From contig CBFIAK010000001.1 of NCBI GenBank assembly GCA_965660445.1, forward strand, positions 384,001 to 448,000: a stretch of 64,000 nt of DNA, in the 5' to 3' direction. Below the pieces are notes generated by a model that was not told the DNA's origin, ran no database searches, and saw only the letters and a program-made list of their open reading frames with translations. Position numbers and translations under genes: made by a program. Numbering within the stretch: position 1 is the first letter of the stretch; every line of letters begins with the position of its first letter. Below are positions 26,923 through 36,835 of the stretch, one piece after another. The stretch comes from Patescibacteria group bacterium (GTDB lineage: Bacteria > Patescibacteriota > Gracilibacteria > UBA4473).

Positions 26923-29295
26923 ATGAAATATTTTCAATACGTTCTCTGTGGATTTTTATTTCTTTCGACAAATGGGTTTGCCGCATTTGTAGATATTGAT
27001 GTAACTCATCCTTATTTTTACGGTATTGAGTATTTGCACCAAAACGATATTATAGAAGGGTATCAATCAGAAAGAGGGGCTGAGTTTCGGTCTTTTTTGC
27101 CAGTTTTGCGTTCAGAGGCTTTAAAAATGATACTTTTGTCAAGTGGAACACCTCTTGTCCCTCATGCGCGAGGAGGTGTTTTTACTGATATTACAGATGA
27201 TCAATGGCATACCCCTTATATTGTCTCGGCGTATAATGAAGGCATTGTAAGCGGATTTCCTGATGGAACGTTTCAGCCGGGATACACGGTGAGTCGAGCT
27301 GAGTTTTTAAAGATGTTATTTTTATCATTTAAGGCTCCTGTTGTTGAAGGGAGTGGATCAGGGTGGTACGAACCGTTTTTTGAAAAAGCAATTGAATGGA
27401 ATATTTTAGAAGAATCACAAACAGATCCAACGCATAAGATGACTCGTGGAGAAGTTGCAGAATCGATTTATCGACTTTCCATTATTGCTTCTGAAGGGTT
27501 TGAATCTCCATATTCTTTTCGAGGATTCGGAGAATCGAGTTATTATGGGTTTGAGTTTGCAAACAGATCCACAGCGAATGGAGAAGTATATGACCCACTT
27601 CTTTTAACGGCGGCACACAGAACTTTGCCATTTGGAACATATCTTCGAGTGACTCATGATGGGAAATCAGTTGTCGTTCGGGTCAATGACAGAGGTCCAT
27701 ATCATAATAAACGAGTGCTTGATTTATCACAGAGAGCGTTTGAAACACTGGCTCCTTTATCTCGAGGCGTTATTGATATTACTTTTGAGGTTGTTTCTGG
27801 TCCAGATGTGCCAAAACCTGAAATTCCAGACAATGTTCTCTCGGTTTTAGATACGGAGTCTCAACAGATATTAGTGCCGGATTCAGTGAGTGCTGCTCGT
27901 GAAAACAATGGGGATAGGTCTGGACGACAAGTGCTTTTCGATGAAACAATCGCTCATATTCCTACTGATTTTTTTCCGGGGTTACAATTACGTCGTACAT
28001 TTCCACGAATAATACCAAGAGGAATACATAAAATTGTAAGTGGTCGAGCGGATCGGTATGGGTATAGAACTATAAAAATTTTCTTACAGCCTGAAGACAA
28101 AAAGAAAGATCAAATTCATTTCGAATCAATATTGTCAGGGAGAAATTTTGAAATTCCGGTTTCGTTTTTAGAAGAAGGCAAATATTCTATGGGAATTGTT
28201 TTTGATGACCAGACTCGTTCACGAGTAGAAACTATTGAAGTACGGACTTTAGAAAAGAAACGATGGTTTTCTTCTGCTGATATGTCGATTCATCCTCATG
28301 TCAGTGTTGGAGTTTTGCCGGAAGATCAAGCGGTTAGTTTTTCGTGGAAAAATGAAGAACGTTCGGTGGTAACGCGTATTGATATCGAACAAGGGCAAAA
28401 AAAGGAAACATTATATATTGAAGATAATCAAGAATCAATATCAGTCCCATATTCGTTTTTTGAGTTTTTTAACGAAAATCAGGATATTACAATATCATTT
28501 GTTCAGGCACTGTCTTCTGATGGGACATTACAAAGCCAGACATCGAATTGGAAAGAAGTTCGTCGAGATTCGTTTGTGTTATGGCAGGGGTTTGAAGATT
28601 TAGAGAAAGAGAGTATTGCTCTTACTCGGTTCCAGCGATATTATCGACCCAATTCTTTGATTCGTTGGGAAGGGAGACGAACAAATGAAGATGTTCAAAT
28701 AAGCGATACTGCATATGTACAACGTCCATCAGGAATCGTGGAAGAAATACCATTGCAAACTGATAATACTGACGGTTTTGTATTAGAATGGAACGCAACT
28801 GAAGAAGGAGTGTATGTATTTCAAGTGAATGCTACAAATGCTGATACGTTATTAAAACGAGCCGTGTATGTATCAGCTAATCAGGTTTTGCCAGTGAAAC
28901 CGTGGATCCATACTCCGTTATCAAATAATGCATTAGTGGGGGTTCGTGATTGGATTAATACGGTTCGTTATCAGTACAATAGACCTGCATTGATGATGGA
29001 TGAGTCTTTGCAGGTACTTGCACAAGAATACGCTGATCATTTAGCTGAGCATCGATTTTTATCACATACCGATATTAAGGGGCGCACATTTAGAACTCGG
29101 TTAGAAGGGAAGAATATGGTGGGGGAGTTTGGAGAAAATTTAAGTATGGCTGATACTCTTGAAAGGGCTTTGTGGGGGTTAGAGACATCGTTATCGCATA
29201 GATATAATTTGTTATTACGTCGTTGGAAAAAAGTAGGTATAGGGGTTGCTACTATTGATGGGGAAGTGTATGTCGTACAGCTTTTTGGTGAATAA
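26923..29295 (+). CDS. Secreted SLH + RlpA-like (DPBB) lytic transglycosylase + CAP/SCP multidomain protein
   Basis: SLH repeats (GIVSGFPDGTFQP..SRAEF); TANGE..TAAHRTLPFGT..VNDRGP..DLS; C-terminal GENL...HRYNLL...VGIG. Confidence 0.85.
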   Translation: MKYFQYVLCGFLFLSTNGFAAFVDIDVTHPYFYGIEYLHQNDIIEGYQSERGAEFRSFLPVLRSEALKMILLSSGTPLVPHARGGVFTDITDDQWHTPYIVSAYNEGIVSGFPDGTFQPGYTVSRAEFLKMLFLSFKAPVVEGSGSGWYEPFFEKAIEWNILEESQTDPTHKMTRGEVAESIYRLSIIASEGFESPYSFRGFGESSYYGFEFANRSTANGEVYDPLLLTAAHRTLPFGTYLRVTHDGKSVVVRVNDRGPYHNKRVLDLSQRAFETLAPLSRGVIDITFEVVSGPDVPKPEIPDNVLSVLDTESQQILVPDSVSAARENNGDRSGRQVLFDETIAHIPTDFFPGLQLRRTFPRIIPRGIHKIVSGRADRYGYRTIKIFLQPEDKKKDQIHFESILSGRNFEIPVSFLEEGKYSMGIVFDDQTRSRVETIEVRTLEKKRWFSSADMSIHPHVSVGVLPEDQAVSFSWKNEERSVVTRIDIEQGQKKETLYIEDNQESISVPYSFFEFFNENQDITISFVQALSSDGTLQSQTSNWKEVRRDSFVLWQGFEDLEKESIALTRFQRYYRPNSLIRWEGRRTNEDVQISDTAYVQRPSGIVEEIPLQTDNTDGFVLEWNATEEGVYVFQVNATNADTLLKRAVYVSANQVLPVKPWIHTPLSNNALVGVRDWINTVRYQYNRPALMMDESLQVLAQEYADHLAEHRFLSHTDIKGRTFRTRLEGKNMVGEFGENLSMADTLERALWGLETSLSHRYNLLLRRWKKVGIGVATIDGEVYVVQLFGE

Positions 29296-29381
29296 TGGTC
29301 TTTTGTGTTTGGGAAAAGTAATTTGCATTTTCGGGTAAGGGTTCTTACAATAGGAGGTGTTTATAAGCATTATTGTGCGAT

Positions 29382-30680
29382 ATGAAAAAAATAATTCACT
29401 GGAGTACGGTTTGTCTATTTATTTTCGGATTGGTGTGTACAACTATGGCACAATATGTGCCTCTACCACCTTATCCGGTTGAAAACGTTCAAGCAGAAGT
29501 TATTGGAAATACTGTTCGATTAACATGGGACGAAGCAGAAGACCAAGACGGTGGAGTGGTGATTGGCTACCGTATTTATTATGGAACACAGTCTGTAACG
29601 GCTGAAAATGGAAACCAGTATGAAGACGATGTTGTGGTGCATTCAGCACAAACGGAATATGAGTTCACAGATTTAGATTCGGGGACTTATTATTTTGCGG
29701 TAACAGCTCGTGATGACGAAGAATGGGAATCAGATAATTATTCTCATGAAGTTTCAGCTACTCTTGAGGGGACACCATCAGGTACAAATGTGTCAGATGA
29801 TCGGTTTCCAAAGGTGTTGAATGCACAGAGGGTTTCTGCTGGGACTATTCAGGTTGAGATGTCAGAACCTGTGCAGATAGAATCGCCTTTAGATGGATTT
29901 TTTGTGCAAAATAGAGGAACGTATGACGATGTTGTTATACAGAGAGTTGATATTGATGGGGCATATGTGTTTTTAACGGTTGACGAGTCTCATTTAGTGG
30001 AAGGAGAGTATTATGATGTTGTGGCAACATCTTTTGTAGAGGATTTAGACAGCAACCCTGTTGCATCAGGTATTACCGATACCGCTACTTTTCAAGCACA
30101 GGCTATCAATCAGCCAGTGATAGAAGAACCTATTGAGGAAGACGAATTATTTATAGAAGAAGAGCCAGTGGATACTTCAGAAACAGAAGATACCGTGCAA
30201 GTGACACCACCTATGCCAGACGAAGTAATGACTTCACCTCAAGAACCATTACGAGAGTCAGCGCCAGTGCGTGACACGACACCACCCTATGATGCAACAG
30301 ACATGGAAGTTGATAGTGATTCTGTATTTGAGGACTTATACGTTACTCTTTCTTGGGATCCGTCTCGTGATGTTGATGGGGATGTTGTGGATCAGGTGTT
30401 GTTTATTCGGTTGAAAGGGGATGAATGGGATACTGGGTATTCTTTAGGAAAAGATTTAGATGTTATTGAGTTGGATGTTGAGTTAGAGCGTGATTATGAA
30501 GTAAAGTTAGTGACTATTGATAATACAGGAAACGAGTCTGACGGATTGGAGTTTTCGTTTGATACGTATATGCCGTTAGCAGAAAGTGGAGCTGGTGCTT
30601 ATGCGGTTGGGGTCTTGGTTGCTGGGTTTGTGATTTTTTATAGTTTCATGACGGTTCGAAAACGAAACCGATTATATTAG
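29382..30680 (+). CDS. Fibronectin-III/Ig-like surface protein with LPXTG-like C-terminal anchor
   Basis: VRLTW...GYRIYYG...YYFAVTA (Fn3); C-terminal LAESG, TM helix, RKRNR tail. Confidence 0.75.
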   Translation: MKKIIHWSTVCLFIFGLVCTTMAQYVPLPPYPVENVQAEVIGNTVRLTWDEAEDQDGGVVIGYRIYYGTQSVTAENGNQYEDDVVVHSAQTEYEFTDLDSGTYYFAVTARDDEEWESDNYSHEVSATLEGTPSGTNVSDDRFPKVLNAQRVSAGTIQVEMSEPVQIESPLDGFFVQNRGTYDDVVIQRVDIDGAYVFLTVDESHLVEGEYYDVVATSFVEDLDSNPVASGITDTATFQAQAINQPVIEEPIEEDELFIEEEPVDTSETEDTVQVTPPMPDEVMTSPQEPLRESAPVRDTTPPYDATDMEVDSDSVFEDLYVTLSWDPSRDVDGDVVDQVLFIRLKGDEWDTGYSLGKDLDVIELDVELERDYEVKLVTIDNTGNESDGLEFSFDTYMPLAESGAGAYAVGVLVAGFVIFYSFMTVRKRNRLY

Positions 30681-30684
30681 CACT

Positions 30685-31383
30685 GTGAATAATCAAGAAG
30701 GTATCCGATTACAAAAATTTTTAGCGCAACGGGGCGTTGGGTCTCGTCGGTTTATAGAAGATTGTATTCGTGATGGACGTATTCGTATCAATGGAAAAAG
30801 AGCAGAACTTGGAAATCGAGTAACTGATGTTGATTGTATTGAGTTTGATGGATCTGTAATAAAAAAAGAAAAAGAAGAGCCAGTATGGATTGTGTTTTAT
30901 AAACCTATAGGAGTTGAGTGTACGTGTAGTGTGCCGAGAGAAGGAGAACTTACGCTGTCTTCTTATAATTTTACGGATGTTCGGGTTTTTCCAGTCGGAA
31001 GACTTGATAAAGAATCGGAAGGGTTATTGCTTTTGACCAATGATGGAGAGATGGCAAATCAGTATATGCATCCGCGGTATGAACACGAAAAAGAGTATGA
31101 AGTCGTGTTACAATCACGTATTTCTGATGCTGATTTAGATCAATTAGCGTCGGGTATTGAGATTGAAGAAAAGTTAACAGCCCCTGCTCGGGTAGATCGT
31201 ATAGATGAGTTTTCGTTTCGTATTATTTTAAAAGAAGGGCGAAATCGACAAATTCGTCGTATGTGTGGAATATTGGGATATACAGTATTAGGGCTCAAAA
31301 GAGTACGCATGAACGATTTATACTTAGAAGACTTACGTCCTGGTGAATGGAAAATATTAGAAAACTACACGATAAAAATTTGA
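30685..31383 (+). CDS. RsuA/RluB/RluF-family pseudouridine synthase
   Basis: S4 domain RLQKFLA..G.SRR; GRLDKESEGLLLLTND; EGRNRQIRRM. Confidence 0.93.
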   Translation: MNNQEGIRLQKFLAQRGVGSRRFIEDCIRDGRIRINGKRAELGNRVTDVDCIEFDGSVIKKEKEEPVWIVFYKPIGVECTCSVPREGELTLSSYNFTDVRVFPVGRLDKESEGLLLLTNDGEMANQYMHPRYEHEKEYEVVLQSRISDADLDQLASGIEIEEKLTAPARVDRIDEFSFRIILKEGRNRQIRRMCGILGYTVLGLKRVRMNDLYLEDLRPGEWKILENYTIKI

Positions 31384-31548
31384 CCCTATTTCTGTTTTTT
31401 GTACAATCTTTTGGCATTTTACATTTCTGTATTTCTGTGTTCACTTCCAAAAATTTTCCCCGCGAAATTTTTGAGAGGAGGAGGTTCGGGAATAGTGAAA
31501 GTTGATTTTGAAAAAATCTACTGGAAGTGTAAAATTACCAACGACGAC

Positions 31549-31623
31549 GGCGCGGTAGCTCAGTGGTAGAGCAAAGGACTGAAAATCCTTGTGTCGGTAG
31601 TTCAATTCTACCTCGCGCCACCA
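31549..31623 (+). tRNA. tRNA-Phe (GAA)
   Basis: GGCGCGGTAGCTCAGTGGTAGAGCAAAGGACTGAAAATCCTTGTGTCGGTAGTTCAATTCTACCTCGCGCCACCA cloverleaf. Confidence 0.97.
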
Positions 31624-31624
31624 G

Positions 31625-31838
31625 TCTTCGCTTTGCGACAAGCGAAGCGAGTCGGAAATGGAAGACTGCGCGGCGAAGCTCTCTGAGCGAAGACGGGCTT
31701 CTTAAATGAATTATGAAGTATGAATTAAGGAGAAGCGCCGGAGCTACATGGAATCTTGAATCTAGAATCTTGAATTTTGGTAAAATCACAGGAATCACAA
31801 AAAAATCACAAGGCTTTGCACAGCCTTGTGATTTTTTC
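31625..31838. repeat. REP-like palindromes, heptamer tandem repeats (TGAATTA / GAATCTT), AATCACAGG repeats and a long hairpin
   Basis: gtcttcgct...agcgaagac; tggaatcttgaatctagaatcttgaat; aaaaatcacaaggct-ttgcac-agccttgtgattttt; same family recurs at 56950-57480. Confidence 0.75.
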
Positions 31839-31951
31839 CATAATTTATAAATAGCATTTCTTGATTTTTTATTTATTTATATTATTTTAAGATTAGTTCT
31901 TTGACATTATTTTGGAAAAATAGTTATTCATAATTTAAAAGGAGTTTTCTT

Positions 31952-33115
31952 ATGAAAACGCATATTATTCGTTCAATACGATTTATCGTATTTTTTCTGT
32001 TTCCCTTTGGGTTTCTCTCTATTGTTGATTGGCCAGTTACCTTGTTTAGTAATTTCTTTTCGAGTTACGGGCTACTCTATTTTATATTATTTTTTGTATG
32101 GGCAATATCGCTCTATACAACAAAAGAAAAGATAGAGAATGGGCAATTTTCACCATTTCTGTTTGCTCTTAATGGATTTGGGTTTTTGGTTGTTCTATAT
32201 TGTTTTTTTCGGATTATTCCCTATTTAACTCCCCATGTGAACGAATTTTTCGTGATAGTGTTTGCTTTTTTGTTTATTGATGCCATTTTCTTTGTATACA
32301 AAGAATGGGCGTATGTGACCCATGAGCAGAGTTGGAATCTTTTTATTCAAAAACCTGAAATATGGCAGAAAATGGTATATGCGAAATATTCCCATTATGC
32401 AGTGTTGTTTGGTATTTTGATTTTTTTATTTATAGTTTTTACTATTTTTGTATTTAAAGATGTTATGTGGGTATCCTCCTTAGATGATATTAGTTATACA
32501 GGAACTCTTTTAAGATTTATCAGTATATTTTTTTTAATTTTTTTATATTCCTACTCTTTGGAGTTATTTATATCTGAAAAATATCAGAAACGTTTGCATT
32601 TATCAGCCTCTATTACTCAAAAATTGTTTGGAGGCTTTGTTCTGATTATAGCTTTTATAACAATAGATGCATTTTTGTTTACGAGCTTGATGATACTTTT
32701 TGGATTATTTGTTAATTTTTTAAAGTATGATTATAATGCTTCATCAAGAATTTTAAAGAATGAATGTTTTTTTCTTTTGAGATATAAAATATTTCTCGAT
32801 CAAGAAAAAGCAATATATCTCTATGAAGGAGAAAAATGGAGACATAGAGAATTCTTTTTTGAAGAGATTAAATCTCTTACTCAATTATTCACGAATGAAC
32901 TTCGTATAAGAAATTATACGTTTGAAGACTCTATTCCTCAGGATGAGCTCCGTGAGATGGTTTATAATATTTACATAAAATGTAGGTTCTATAGAGATTC
33001 GCACGATTATTATCTCCCAATAGTGAATGATTTGATTGATGCTTTATGGCATCACTACGAATCACTCCATATAGAAGAATTAGCTATCGATACTGAAATA
33101 AAAAATCATATCTAA
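31952..33115 (+). CDS. Hypothetical polytopic membrane protein, AT-rich
   Basis: Multiple TM segments; AAGGAG SD upstream. Confidence 0.75.
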   Translation: MKTHIIRSIRFIVFFLFPFGFLSIVDWPVTLFSNFFSSYGLLYFILFFVWAISLYTTKEKIENGQFSPFLFALNGFGFLVVLYCFFRIIPYLTPHVNEFFVIVFAFLFIDAIFFVYKEWAYVTHEQSWNLFIQKPEIWQKMVYAKYSHYAVLFGILIFLFIVFTIFVFKDVMWVSSLDDISYTGTLLRFISIFFLIFLYSYSLELFISEKYQKRLHLSASITQKLFGGFVLIIAFITIDAFLFTSLMILFGLFVNFLKYDYNASSRILKNECFFLLRYKIFLDQEKAIYLYEGEKWRHREFFFEEIKSLTQLFTNELRIRNYTFEDSIPQDELREMVYNIYIKCRFYRDSHDYYLPIVNDLIDALWHHYESLHIEELAIDTEIKNHI

Positions 33116-33123
33116 TTCTTTAC

Positions 33124-33160
33124 AAAAACCTTTCTGCACTTTGTGCGGAAAGGTTTTTTT
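33124..33160 (+). terminator. Intrinsic terminator
   Basis: aacctttctgcac/gtgcggaaaggtt stem followed by T-tract. Confidence 0.8.
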
Positions 33161-33233
33161 ATAGATATTTTATTTTTTTCTTTTATACTCGCTATTGTTC
33201 TTTCATATTATAAAACAAAAAGGGGGGCATGAA

Positions 33234-34004
33234 ATGCTATTTCTTCTCATATTTTGCCTTACAGGTATATCACTTTTTTCTTCTGAAAATGAGTTTCATT
33301 CGTTTTCGATAAAACCAATTTCTGATGTAGGAGACCAAGAAATCAGTCCATTTCTTGATCAAGAACATCAAAACTTATTCTTTCTTGGAGGGTGGAATGC
33401 TCAATATGAGTTTTCTAACTCTCCAGCAAAACGAATGATAGAAGCACGTGTGTATTCGCCGAGACTACAATTACAGTCTTTTGATAATGCCTATGTGCGA
33501 GAAACATACGCATTCAGTATTGGAACGGTCTTTGATTCTCTCTATACAATACCTCTCTTTGGAGGTATTGATTTTCAGCTTTCTTCGGAGTATCAACACA
33601 TTGATGACTATGATTTCCAATTTGGTGTTTTGAATACCGAAATATACTTCTATTCGGCTTTGGCGTTTGGAGTAACCAATATTTGGACATTTCCGAACGT
33701 AGAACAACTTTCATACCACTATATTGCCTTTGTTCTCCCTTTTAACGACGATTATGATGTTTCTCATTTTTTTCGTGTCTGGAGACTTCAATATCGGTTC
33801 GAGGCATTACGCACTCGAAAAGAAGACGGTATGCGACTTATGGGGTATCGACAAGAATTGTCTTCCCATTATCGATTTTCTGACTATTTCCAAATATATG
33901 GAATGGCTCAGTTTATTATTTCTTTTGGGGATAATCCATTATCGTTTGCTCAATACGAAGTAAACCGATACCAGTATCAATTTGGTATTCAATATGCCTT
34001 ATAA
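33234..34004 (+). CDS. Secreted protein with beta-barrel-like pattern
   Basis: Signal-like N-terminus; alternating aromatic strands; C-terminal YQYQFGIQYAL. Confidence 0.55.
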   Translation: MLFLLIFCLTGISLFSSENEFHSFSIKPISDVGDQEISPFLDQEHQNLFFLGGWNAQYEFSNSPAKRMIEARVYSPRLQLQSFDNAYVRETYAFSIGTVFDSLYTIPLFGGIDFQLSSEYQHIDDYDFQFGVLNTEIYFYSALAFGVTNIWTFPNVEQLSYHYIAFVLPFNDDYDVSHFFRVWRLQYRFEALRTRKEDGMRLMGYRQELSSHYRFSDYFQIYGMAQFIISFGDNPLSFAQYEVNRYQYQFGIQYAL

Positions 34005-34023
34005 ATCTGAAAGACCTATTATG

Positions 34024-34056
34024 AATGCTTCTTATAAATTTTTTATAAGAAGCATT
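34024..34056. terminator. Bidirectional terminator between the convergent barrel-like genes
   Basis: aatgcttcttataaa / tttataagaagcatt inverted repeat with adjacent T-tract. Confidence 0.7.
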
Positions 34057-34071
34057 TTTTTTTGAGTCATT

Positions 34072-35241
34072 TTATTTTTTGGGTGTCCACCGAACTTCAA
34101 ACTCGAACGATACTTCTCCGTTTGTTTTTTGAAATGTGAGTTGTGGCGCAATGGTAAGATTTTCAATTGTATATCCAGCACCTCCTCGGATACGAGAAAG
34201 TCCGGTTTCAAAATTTCCATCAAGTCCTCCTTGGAGCTTGAATGGACCTCCAAACGATGGTGTTTGCATACGCACTTTCCAATGCCAATCATCTAGTTTT
34301 GTGACTGATCCCATAAGAGCAAATCCTTCGTTGCGACCATAAAAATCATACAGATCTCCATATTGAGCTATGAATTCTGTAATAACTTGATTTGTTCCGA
34401 GAAGGATATCGTTATTCATTTCTACACGATACGAGTAATCTTTATCGTGAAGAGTAAGAGAAAGAGGTATAGAAGTACTCACCATGTTTTGTTCTCCATT
34501 TTGGCTTGGTAAAGCAGCGTAGAGGAGTGTTGTTGTATTTGGGTCTGAATCCCGAGAAAGAAATGTTTTGTCTAAGCTGAGATAGGTTGCTCTCATTCCA
34601 GCACTTCGAGTCATAAATAAATCTTTATAAAGTTTCATATCAGCACCGAGTGTCATTTGTACCGAAAGCATGTTTCGGTTATGGATATGGAGTTTGTCAT
34701 ATACATCTTCGCCAACTTGTATATTTGTATCAGAGCTAAGATTTCGATGTGTTTCACCTCCACCCCAAGCAAAAGCAACACCTACTTCTGCAAACGGATT
34801 ATCCACACGCATCTTATCAGTTATATCAAACCCTTTTCCAAGATTAAACCGTCCGAGCATAACTCCATTAAGATTCGCCGAATAGGATGTTTGTGGCGAA
34901 AGTGGAACCGATACAGGACTATTTTGCAGTGATTGTTGAGTGTTCCATGAAGTCATAATATTTGTCACGAGTGAATTTTTTGCGTCTCGCTTTAAGAAAT
35001 CATATCCAACACGAAACGCTTGGTGTCCTACTTGGTCTGCGAGTCCTGTTATTTTATCTTTCAGAACTTCGTTTTCAAGAATAAGTACATCCTCTTGTGC
35101 TTTTAAGATAGTTTTTGATTCATCCAGCAAAGGATCAGATTCATTCGATAATTCTACTCCAACGAGTGTTCTGGAGCTGTTTTTGTTTTGGAATAAATAT
35201 TTTCCACAAACTTCTGGTTGAAAACGATGATCAATAATCAT
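34072..35241 (-). CDS. Hypothetical beta-rich (barrel-like) protein; probable start at ATG 35241 rather than 35556
   Basis: The track's upstream extension overlaps fmt; amphipathic strands ending GEVSFEFEVRW. Confidence 0.55.
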   Translation of the reverse strand: MIIDHRFQPEVCGKYLFQNKNSSRTLVGVELSNESDPLLDESKTILKAQEDVLILENEVLKDKITGLADQVGHQAFRVGYDFLKRDAKNSLVTNIMTSWNTQQSLQNSPVSVPLSPQTSYSANLNGVMLGRFNLGKGFDITDKMRVDNPFAEVGVAFAWGGGETHRNLSSDTNIQVGEDVYDKLHIHNRNMLSVQMTLGADMKLYKDLFMTRSAGMRATYLSLDKTFLSRDSDPNTTTLLYAALPSQNGEQNMVSTSIPLSLTLHDKDYSYRVEMNNDILLGTNQVITEFIAQYGDLYDFYGRNEGFALMGSVTKLDDWHWKVRMQTPSFGGPFKLQGGLDGNFETGLSRIRGGAGYTIENLTIAPQLTFQKTNGEVSFEFEVRWTPKK

Positions 35242-35336
35242 AAGAGAATATATAAAAATCTTTCTATTATACCTGAAAAACAGGAAAAAAACAAGAAGCC
35301 TTATTTTTTTAAAAATTGTGCTATACTTTCTATTGT

Positions 35337-36221
35337 ATGAAAACACGAGTTTTATTTTTTGGTACTCCTGATATCGCAGTCCCTTCTCTTGAGGCTTTGC
35401 ACGCTGATAACGATCTAGAAATTGTTGGTATTGGGGTGTTTCCTGATAAAAAAATAGGTCGTAAACAGGTTCTGATGCCTTGTCCAGTAAAAGAAGCGGC
35501 TCTCTCTTTTGGACTTCCGTTGTATGAGCTGGCATCAAAGAAAGATCTTGAATCATTATTTCATACCGTTGAGTGTGACGTTGCGATTGTTATTGCTTTT
35601 GGGATGATTTTTCCAGAATCAGTGTTATCAATTCCTCCATTGGGAGTGATGAATGTTCATTTTTCATTATTGCCTTTATATCGTGGGGCTTCTCCTGTGC
35701 AATCAGCTCTATTACACGGTGATAAGATATCAGGAATTACATTTCAAAAAATGGTAAAGGCTCTTGATGAAGGCGATATTCTTTATCAAGAATCATTTCT
35801 TATTGAAGGGTTAGCGACAAGTGAAGTTTTTGATCTTTCAGCGACAAAAACAGCGCATGTATTACCAAATTTTATAACACAAAAATTGCAGGATGTTGTG
35901 CCTTTGTCGCAGGATTCAACCAAAGCAACGTATTGTACAAAAATTCAAAAAAAAGACGGATTCGTTTCTCCTCAAGCAGAAACAGCACAATCTATCTATC
36001 GAAAATATCGAGCATATGACTTGTTTCCCGGAATATATATGCAGACAAAGAAAGGGATTTTAAAACTTAAGAAAGTATCAGATGTATATGTTGAGGGGGC
36101 GTATAAAATGGAATGTAAAGAAAACACTTTTTTATGGATTTTACGTGCACAATTAGAAGGAAAAAAAGAAATGCCTATTGTTGATATTTTACGAGGGGCT
36201 CCGGATGTTTTTGAGGGGTAA
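35337..36221 (+). CDS. fmt: Methionyl-tRNA formyltransferase
   Basis: FFGTP, NVHFSLLPLYRGASP, LDEGDIL. Confidence 0.95.
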   Translation: MKTRVLFFGTPDIAVPSLEALHADNDLEIVGIGVFPDKKIGRKQVLMPCPVKEAALSFGLPLYELASKKDLESLFHTVECDVAIVIAFGMIFPESVLSIPPLGVMNVHFSLLPLYRGASPVQSALLHGDKISGITFQKMVKALDEGDILYQESFLIEGLATSEVFDLSATKTAHVLPNFITQKLQDVVPLSQDSTKATYCTKIQKKDGFVSPQAETAQSIYRKYRAYDLFPGIYMQTKKGILKLKKVSDVYVEGAYKMECKENTFLWILRAQLEGKKEMPIVDILRGAPDVFEG

Positions 36222-36306
36222 AACAATTGACAAATACGTAAAAATTCCCATAATGTCACCCGCTTCAAGCGTTTTTTAACATCCACAAATTCAGTATAGG
36301 GGGACT

Positions 36307-36699
36307 ATGCAGAAAGAAATAAAAAGGCAAAAGTACACACTGCCTTTTCGCTACTCATATCTTTTTCGGTATTCGCTGTTTCAGCTTGCAATTATTGCAG
36401 AATATGCACCCGATGAGAAAGATCGATTTTGGGCTTTATATTGTATGCGGCAACAAATAAATCCTCTTAATGATTTTGATCATATTTATTATTTGCTTGT
36501 GTCTTCTACAGATGAACGCATTGAAATTTTTCGGAAAGAATATCCGAAAATAAAAAAACGAGAGCAACAGTATAATGCTATTGCATATCGAGTTTTAAAA
36601 TTTCAGCGATGGATAGGTATAAAGCCACAAAAACAGATAAATATACGGCAGAAGCTCTATGAAAAACGAAGGGAGCGACGTAGAGTACATAGAATGTAA
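36307..36699 (+). CDS. Hypothetical basic protein
   Basis: ORF with its own TTGACA-16-CATAAT promoter (36227-36254), SD and terminator. Confidence 0.65.
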   Translation: MQKEIKRQKYTLPFRYSYLFRYSLFQLAIIAEYAPDEKDRFWALYCMRQQINPLNDFDHIYYLLVSSTDERIEIFRKEYPKIKKREQQYNAIAYRVLKFQRWIGIKPQKQINIRQKLYEKRRERRRVHRM

Positions 36700-36724
36700 A
36701 TATTCATATGAACTCTCAATATAT

Positions 36725-36763
36725 AAAAAGGCGAATACAAATTTTTTTTGTATTCGCCTTTTT
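36725..36763. terminator. Intrinsic terminator
   Basis: aaaaaggcgaatacaa / ttgtattcgccttttt. Confidence 0.8.
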
Positions 36764-36835
36764 CTGAGTGCTGAAACAGGTTTTACATTTCTTCTGAAAT
36801 TCGTACTATATTTGTGAATTTATGAGCGGTTTCCT

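Noticed and set aside
31441-31798. Short minus-strand ORFs (66 and 87 aa)
   Set aside because: Antisense to tRNA-Phe and the repeat tract
31624-35300. Integrase-mobilised island at tRNA-Phe
   Set aside because: No integrase, and I saw no duplicated tRNA 3' end; kept only as an accessory block
35242-35556. N-terminal extension of the 494-aa ORF
   Set aside because: Overlaps fmt on the opposite strand and the divergent promoter region
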